Shown here in pieces: positions 56,253-64,000 of a stretch of DNA of 64,000 nt. The notes under the pieces were generated by a model. It saw nothing but the letters and a program-made list of their open reading frames with translations. It ran no database searches and was not told the DNA's origin. This DNA is from Candidatus Omnitrophota bacterium (GTDB taxonomy: Bacteria; Omnitrophota; Gorgyraeia; 2-01-FULL-45-10). Each line of letters starts with the position of its first letter. Position 1 is the first letter of the stretch. The translations under genes and the position numbers were made by a program. The stretch lies in contig JBAZUO010000004.1 in assembly GCA_041661345.1 (NCBI GenBank), positions 13,688-77,687 of the forward strand, read 5' to 3'.

Positions 56253-56280
56253 ATTATAACACATATTTATTTTGAGTCAA
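56253..56280 (-). promoter_or_regulatory. Near-consensus sigma70 promoter for rpmH: TTGACT-N16-TGtTATAAT (extended -10).
   Basis: Reverse complement of 56250-56290 reads ttgactcaaaataaatatgtgttataat. Confidence 0.6.
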
Positions 56281-56319
56281 CAAGTTAAATTTTCCGGGAT
56301 CCCGCCTATACCCCAAGCA

Positions 56320-56495
56320 AATTTTTCGCTCTTACTGAAATGTGCTGTGTCGAGTGGTTCGCTTAGGACGTTCGGTTTGCTCCAGCGGCAAACCTCACTC
56401 CGGGGAAAATTTTTTATGCCGCCGCTAGGCTTCAACAGCGGACCAATCCATAAAAAATTTTCAGGCCTAAGCTCACCACATCGCCACATCACATT
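56320..56495. repeat. Copy 2 of the ~175-nt structured element (see 19826-20000), lying between the divergent rpmH and dnaA promoters at the origin.
   Basis: Reverse-complement alignment to copy 1; covarying hairpins; AnTn tracts (gaaaattttttat, cataaaaaatttt, gcaaattttt). Confidence 0.6.
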
Positions 56496-56530
56496 TCTCG
56501 CTGTGCCGAAAAATTTACCTTATTTTTTGC

Positions 56531-56636
56531 TTGCAAATGCCTTTCGGCTCCGCTATAATATGCGCTCATGGCTGTGCACAACATGTGCATAACTTATGGA
56601 TTTGTGTTGAAAATGTGCTTATTTTTCTGTGGATAA
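56531..56636 (+). promoter_or_regulatory. dnaA promoter TTGCAA-N17-TATAAT (56531-56559), followed by three DnaA boxes: tgtgcacaa at 56573, tgtgcataa at 56584, and a perfect TGTGGATAA at 56628.
   Basis: Direct inspection. Genes switch strand at this point, consistent with oriC and an autoregulated dnaA. Confidence 0.65.
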
Positions 56637-56654
56637 GAGTTAGAAGAGGTATTA

Positions 56655-58025
56655 ATGCCCGAAATAGACCCGGCGCTGTGGTTAAAGGCGCTAGATTATA
56701 TTAAAAAAGAAGTCGATAATGAGCAGACTTTTAATATCTGGTTTAAGCCTATAAAATTTATCTCTATTCGGGATGATAAAATAACGCTCGAGGTACCAAA
56801 TAAATTTTTCAAGGATTGGCTTTTACGATATGCCAAGACGCTGTCTTCGGGATTGGAAAAAGCGTCGGGCAAAGATCTTGCGGTAAATTTTGTTCTAAGC
56901 GAGTCGGATGTTGAGGATCTCCCAAAACAAAACAAGCCGGACCCCGACAAAAAAGAGCAGAAACCCTTTTGGCCTTTTACGCGTCCGGCCCAGGAGAGCG
57001 CAAAAGAAGTGGGGCTTACACCAAAGCATACTTTTGAGAGTTTTGTCGTAGGCCCAAGCAACAGATTCGCACATGCCGCTTCGGTCGCGGTGTCCGATTC
57101 CCCGGCAAAAGCATATAACCCTTTATTCATCTATGGCGGGGTAGGATTGGGCAAAACACATCTGATGCATGCCGTCGGCCAGCGTGTTATACAAAAATTC
57201 CCAAAATCAAAAGTGCTATATATAACAAGCGAGGATTTCACCAATCAGATGATAAGCGCGATACAGAATCGCACAATGCAAAAATTCAGAGAAAAGTACC
57301 GGCATGTCGATATACTTCTTATAGACGACATACAATTTATAGCCGGGAAGGAATCCACCCAGGAAGAATTTTTCCATACCTTTAATACGCTCTATGATGC
57401 GCACAAACAAATCATCGTCTCAAGCGATCGGCCGCCTAAAGAGATACAGTCGCTGGAAGAGAGGCTCATATCCAGATTTGAGTGGGGGCTCGTGACGGAT
57501 ATTCAACCGCCCGATTTTGAGACACGGGTCGCCATATTAAAGAAGAAGTCCGAGAAGGAAACGATCGCGCTCCCCGAAGATGTCCTCTACTTTTTGGGGG
57601 AGAAGATAAAGTCCAACATCAGAGAGCTTGAGGGGGCGCTTATCAGGGTCGTCGCCTACGCCAAACTCATCGGTAAAGAGGTTTCTGTCGAGATGGCAAG
57701 AGAGGTTTTAAAGGATATGATCATAGAGGGTGAGAAGAAGATCACTATAGATCTTATACAAAAAAAGACTGCGGAATATTTTGACATAAAACCGTCGGAT
57801 ATGCGGGCAAAGAAGAGGAGTAGGGCCATCGCCTATCCGCGGCAGGTGGCGATGTACCTAGCGCGTTTACTAACAGATTTTTCATTGCCGGAAATCGGTG
57901 ACCAGTTTGGTGGTAGGGATCATACGACTGTTATTCATGCTTGCGACAAAATAGAGAACGATTTAAAAGAGAAGTCAGGATTTAAAACTTTAATAGATAA
58001 GCTCATTCAGAGTATAAAAAGTTAA
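56655..58025 (+). CDS. dnaA: Chromosomal replication initiator protein DnaA.
   Basis: GGVGLGKTHLMHAVG (Walker A) and a C-terminal DNA-binding domain; 456 aa. Confidence 0.95.
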   Translation: MPEIDPALWLKALDYIKKEVDNEQTFNIWFKPIKFISIRDDKITLEVPNKFFKDWLLRYAKTLSSGLEKASGKDLAVNFVLSESDVEDLPKQNKPDPDKKEQKPFWPFTRPAQESAKEVGLTPKHTFESFVVGPSNRFAHAASVAVSDSPAKAYNPLFIYGGVGLGKTHLMHAVGQRVIQKFPKSKVLYITSEDFTNQMISAIQNRTMQKFREKYRHVDILLIDDIQFIAGKESTQEEFFHTFNTLYDAHKQIIVSSDRPPKEIQSLEERLISRFEWGLVTDIQPPDFETRVAILKKKSEKETIALPEDVLYFLGEKIKSNIRELEGALIRVVAYAKLIGKEVSVEMAREVLKDMIIEGEKKITIDLIQKKTAEYFDIKPSDMRAKKRSRAIAYPRQVAMYLARLLTDFSLPEIGDQFGGRDHTTVIHACDKIENDLKEKSGFKTLIDKLIQSIKS

Positions 58026-58193
58026 GAGTCTTATAATTTGTGGGGTATGTTGATAACTTTTTTAGTTGCCTGGCTTGTTGTGCGTTGTGTAACTTGTTAT
58101 TATTAGCTGTGTTATACCCTTACCAACATATCAACAGGTGTTACTACGGCTATTGCTTTTTAAATATAGAAAAACAATAATAGAAGGGGGATT

Positions 58194-59297
58194 TTGGGGA
58201 TGAAATTCACCACAACAAAAGAGATGTTAATAAAAGGTATACAAGAAGTGCAGGCAGCTATAAACACAAAATCAACCCTGCCAATCCTGTCAAATATATT
58301 AATAGAGGCTTTAGATGAGAATATCGTTCTCACAACAACCGACTTAGATATAGGGATAACATCAAAAATACCAATCAAACCGCAAATTACGGGTGCTATA
58401 ACAATACCAGCAAAAAAGTTTCTGGATATTATTAAGGAATTACCAGAAAATGAAACCATACAAATATCCGTGAAAAAAAACAATCTTGTGAATGTTGAAT
58501 GCGAGAAGAATATATTCAAAATCATGGGCCTGCCAAAAGAGGAATTCCCACAACTGCCGGAATATAAAGATAAAGAGTTTATTCTTATGGAGCAGAAGAA
58601 ATTGAAGAAGATGATAAATCTAACCAGCTTTGCTATAAGCCACGATGAGTCGAGATATGTTTTAAATGGTATTCTATTTGTTATCAAGCCAACCAACATA
58701 AAACTTATTGCCACAGATGGCAGGCGGCTTGCTGTAATTGAGGAAAAAATGCAGCTGCCAAAAACACTCGAACGAAAAGTTGTGGTCCCGACAAAGGCGG
58801 TTAATGAGCTCGGCAGGATCTTGAAAGACGAGGGCGATGTGAAGATATCATTCGCCCAGACGCAGGTTTTTTTCGACATAGGACAAACAAGGATCGTTTC
58901 GCGCTTGATAGAAGGGGAATTTCCCAACTATGAACAAGTAATACCAAAAGAGGTGAAGGATAAAGTTGTAGTCTCAAGGGCCCTTATTCTTGCGGCGATT
59001 AAAAGGGTGGCGCTTTTCACAAATCAGGATTCCGTGGCTGTTAAAATAGAACTTGCGAAAGATAAGATCGTTGTGTCGAAAAGCACCCCATATCTCGGCG
59101 AGGCGCGCGTTGAAGTGGACGCGAATTACAAGGGCAGGGATATTACCGTCGGGTTCAACCCCGATTACTTGATAGAATTATTGAAGAGCATAGACCAGGA
59201 GACAATAAGTTTCGAGATGACAGACCCGGAGAAACCCGGCGCTGTGAGGATTGGATCAGAATACATATATGTGGTGCTTCCCATGCAGATAAACTAA
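58194..59297 (+). CDS. dnaN: DNA polymerase III beta sliding clamp.
   Basis: MKFTTTKEMLIKGIQEVQ...; 367 aa. Confidence 0.95.
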   Translation: MGMKFTTTKEMLIKGIQEVQAAINTKSTLPILSNILIEALDENIVLTTTDLDIGITSKIPIKPQITGAITIPAKKFLDIIKELPENETIQISVKKNNLVNVECEKNIFKIMGLPKEEFPQLPEYKDKEFILMEQKKLKKMINLTSFAISHDESRYVLNGILFVIKPTNIKLIATDGRRLAVIEEKMQLPKTLERKVVVPTKAVNELGRILKDEGDVKISFAQTQVFFDIGQTRIVSRLIEGEFPNYEQVIPKEVKDKVVVSRALILAAIKRVALFTNQDSVAVKIELAKDKIVVSKSTPYLGEARVEVDANYKGRDITVGFNPDYLIELLKSIDQETISFEMTDPEKPGAVRIGSEYIYVVLPMQIN

Positions 59298-59304
59298 ACT
59301 TTTT

Positions 59305-62140
<2,836 letters not shown>

Positions 62141-62150
62141 CAGCACGGTT

Positions 62151-62222
62151 AGTTTACAGTAAACAGGTTACAGTTAACAGCAAAAGCTTTTACTGTAAAC
62201 TGTGAGCTGTAAACTGTAAACT
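62151..62222. repeat. Heptad-repeat long imperfect palindrome: (ACAGNNN)x4, then caaaagctttta, then (CTGTNNN)x4, between gyrB and gyrA.
   Basis: gtttACAGtaaACAGgttACAGttaACAGcaaaagcttttaCTGTaaaCTGTgagCTGTaaaCTGTaaac. Confidence 0.6.
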
Positions 62223-62243
62223 AAAATAAGGAGTTAGCGAAGG

Positions 62244-64000
62244 ATGTACACACGTAACGAAAAGATCATAACCAGGTATATCGAAGAGGAAATGAAGGAT
62301 TCCTACATCAATTACGCGATGAGTGTAATTGTAGGAAGGGCCCTCCCGGATGTCCGGGACGGTTTAAAGCCTGTTCACAGGCGCATTCTCTTCGCGATGA
62401 GAGAGCTCGGCGTAGAACACAATAAACCGTATAAAAAATCCGCGAGAATAGTCGGTGACTGTATGGGTAAATATCACCCGCACGGGGACGCAGCGATTTA
62501 CGATACCATCGTCAGGATGGCGCAGGATTTTAGTTTGCGGTATCCGCTGGTCGACGGCCAGGGAAACTTCGGTTCGGTTGACGGAGATGCGGCTGCGAGC
62601 ATGCGTTATACGGAAGCGCGGCTTGCCCATATATCGGATTGGATGCTTCTCGACATAGATAAGAATACAGTCGATTTTATGCCGAACTTCGACGGGTCGT
62701 TGCAGGAACCGACGGTTTTACCGGCATGTCTGCCGAATCTTCTCGTGAACGGTTCCAGCGGTATAGCCGTGGGCATGGCGACGAATATCCCGCCGCACAA
62801 TTTAAGAGAAGTCGCCGAAGCCATAGTATATGTTATCGATACCCCGGATTGCGAACCGAAAGATCTTTTGAAGAAGATAAAAGGCCCGGATTTCCCGACG
62901 GGCGGTATTATCAGAGGAACCGACGGCATAAAGAACGCCTATACTACAGGCCGCGGCATTATCAGGATCAGCGCCAAAGCCTTCATCGAAGAACAAAAGA
63001 GCGGGAAAGAAGCTATCATTATAAAAGAGATTCCTTATCAGGTGAACAAGGCAAACCTCATAGAATCTATCGCCGACCTTGTCCAGAATAAGAAAATAGA
63101 AGGCATTACGGATCTTCGGGACGAATCCGATAAAGACGGCATGAGGATCGTAATAGAGCTTCGTCGCGGCATAAACGCGAACGTTTTACTGAATCAATTA
63201 TACAAACACACCCAAATGCAGGTGACATTCGGTGTGATAATGCTGGCGCTTGTTGACGGGAGGCCGCGCGTTCTGAATCTTAAAGAGGTGCTGGACGAAT
63301 TTATTAAACATCGCAAGACGGTCATCGTAAGAAGAACGAAATTTGAGCTGGAAAAGGCGCAGGATCGGGCCCATATTCTCGAGGGGTTGAAGATAGCCCT
63401 TAAAAACCTGGACCGCATTATTAAAGTGATAAAAGAGTCGGCCAACCCGCAGATAGCGAAGGCGGAGTTGATGAAAAAGTTCGACCTATCCGACAAGCAG
63501 GCGCAGGCGATACTCGAAATGCAGCTGCAGCGGCTTACCGGACTCGAGGTCGACAAGATCGAGAAAGAGTACCTGGAGCTGATAAAAAAAATAGAGTTTT
63601 TAAAATCAATACTCGCAAGCGAAAAGAAGGTCCTCGAGATAGTCAAGGATGAGATGAAGGTGCTTGTTGAGAAATTTGGTGACGACCGCCGCACCGAAAT
63701 AGCGCCGGCAGCCGAAGAGTTTGATATAGAGGATCTTATCGCCGAAGAGGATGTAGTTGTAATGATAAGTCATGCGGGCTATATCAAAAGGCTTCCCGTT
63801 TCAAGCTACAGAAAACAACGCCGCGGCGGCAAAGGCGTAACCGGCGCGGATATAAAAGAAGAGGATTTTGTTGAGCACCTCTTCATCGCATCGACGCATG
63901 ATTATGTGCTCTTCTTCACAAACAAAGGCGTGGCGCACTGGCTGAAAGTTCACGAGATACCCGAAGCGGGTCGCACGTCGAAAGGTAAGGCGATAATTAA
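62244..64000 (+). CDS. gyrA: DNA gyrase subunit A, truncated at the 3' end by the window edge.
   Basis: [49 protein letters not shown]...[17 protein letters not shown]. Absent from the ORF track because there is no stop within the window. Confidence 0.95.
   Translation, partial: MYTRNEKIITRYIEEEMKDSYINYAMSVIVGRALPDVRDGLKPVHRRILFAMRELGVEHNKPYKKSARIVGDCMGKYHPHGDAAIYDTIVRMAQDFSLRYPLVDGQGNFGSVDGDAAASMRYTEARLAHISDWMLLDIDKNTVDFMPNFDGSLQEPTVLPACLPNLLVNGSSGIAVGMATNIPPHNLREVAEAIVYVIDTPDCEPKDLLKKIKGPDFPTGGIIRGTDGIKNAYTTGRGIIRISAKAFIEEQKSGKEAIIIKEIPYQVNKANLIESIADLVQNKKIEGITDLRDESDKDGMRIVIELRRGINANVLLNQLYKHTQMQVTFGVIMLALVDGRPRVLNLKEVLDEFIKHRKTVIVRRTKFELEKAQDRAHILEGLKIALKNLDRIIKVIKESANPQIAKAELMKKFDLSDKQAQAILEMQLQRLTGLEVDKIEKEYLELIKKIEFLKSILASEKKVLEIVKDEMKVLVEKFGDDRRTEIAPAAEEFDIEDLIAEEDVVVMISHAGYIKRLPVSSYRKQRRGGKGVTGADIKEEDFVEHLFIASTHDYVLFFTNKGVAHWLKVHEIPEAGRTSKGKAII

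Noticed and set aside
58160-58927. A 255-aa minus-strand ORF with low-complexity S/F/I-rich sequence.
   Set aside because: Antisense to dnaN, which is unambiguous. Compositional artefact.

Overview
This 64-kb window looks like the chromosomal origin region of an uncultivated-type bacterium. Gene content (RNase Y with YmdB, H-X9-DG prepilin, DUF39, split coaB/coaC, entericidin, lmo0937-like) suggests a PVC/Omnitrophota-like lineage. All genes from position 1 to rpmH (56.2 kb) lie on the minus strand. dnaA, dnaN, a DciA-like DUF721 gene, gyrB and gyrA lie on the plus strand. The strand switch coincides with a DnaA-box cluster and two divergent near-consensus sigma70 promoters at 56.25-56.64 kb, which places oriC there. 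Left to right on the minus strand, the content is:
- a glycolipid/lipid-remodelling cluster (GT4 fused to an alpha/beta hydrolase, an AMP-binding_C/ACP/PlsC tri-domain acyltransferase, a membrane six-hairpin glycosidase-like protein, GtrA);
- a small two-component module with entericidin and lmo0937-like peptides;
- tRNA-Glu, tRNA-Leu and tRNA-Gln with glnS and gltX;
- the porDABG 2-oxoacid:ferredoxin oxidoreductase operon, dxs, ispA and xseBA;
- ymdB and rny;
- Fe-S assembly and thiol-redox genes;
- a sulfur/arsenic-thiol cluster (DUF39, cysK, Rrf2, ACR3, ArsP-like permeases, thioredoxins);
- thiamine genes, a secreted two-HKD PLD protein and rarA;
- the conserved pheST-rplT-rpmI-infC-thrS block;
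- a second tRNA cluster (Leu-UAA, Val, Cys) containing a free-standing LAGLIDADG homing endonuclease gene;
- coaB, coaC, rpoZ, gmk, yicC, ndk, parAB, yidC, yidD, rnpA and rpmH.

The most unusual signals are:
1. A family of five ~100-nt structured elements, each abutting the 3' CCA of a tRNA gene and each followed by a conserved long hairpin. The copies show compensatory base changes.
2. A ~175-nt element with covarying hairpins and A/T tracts, present in two diverged inverted copies: one at the origin between the rpmH and dnaA promoters, and one 36 kb away.
3. The free-standing LAGLIDADG gene next to tRNA-Leu(UAA).
4. Two -1 frameshifts, both in A4->A3 homopolymers, disrupting xseB and yidC.
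5. A heptad-repeat palindrome between gyrB and gyrA.

No CRISPR array, rRNA gene or recognisable transposase was seen.
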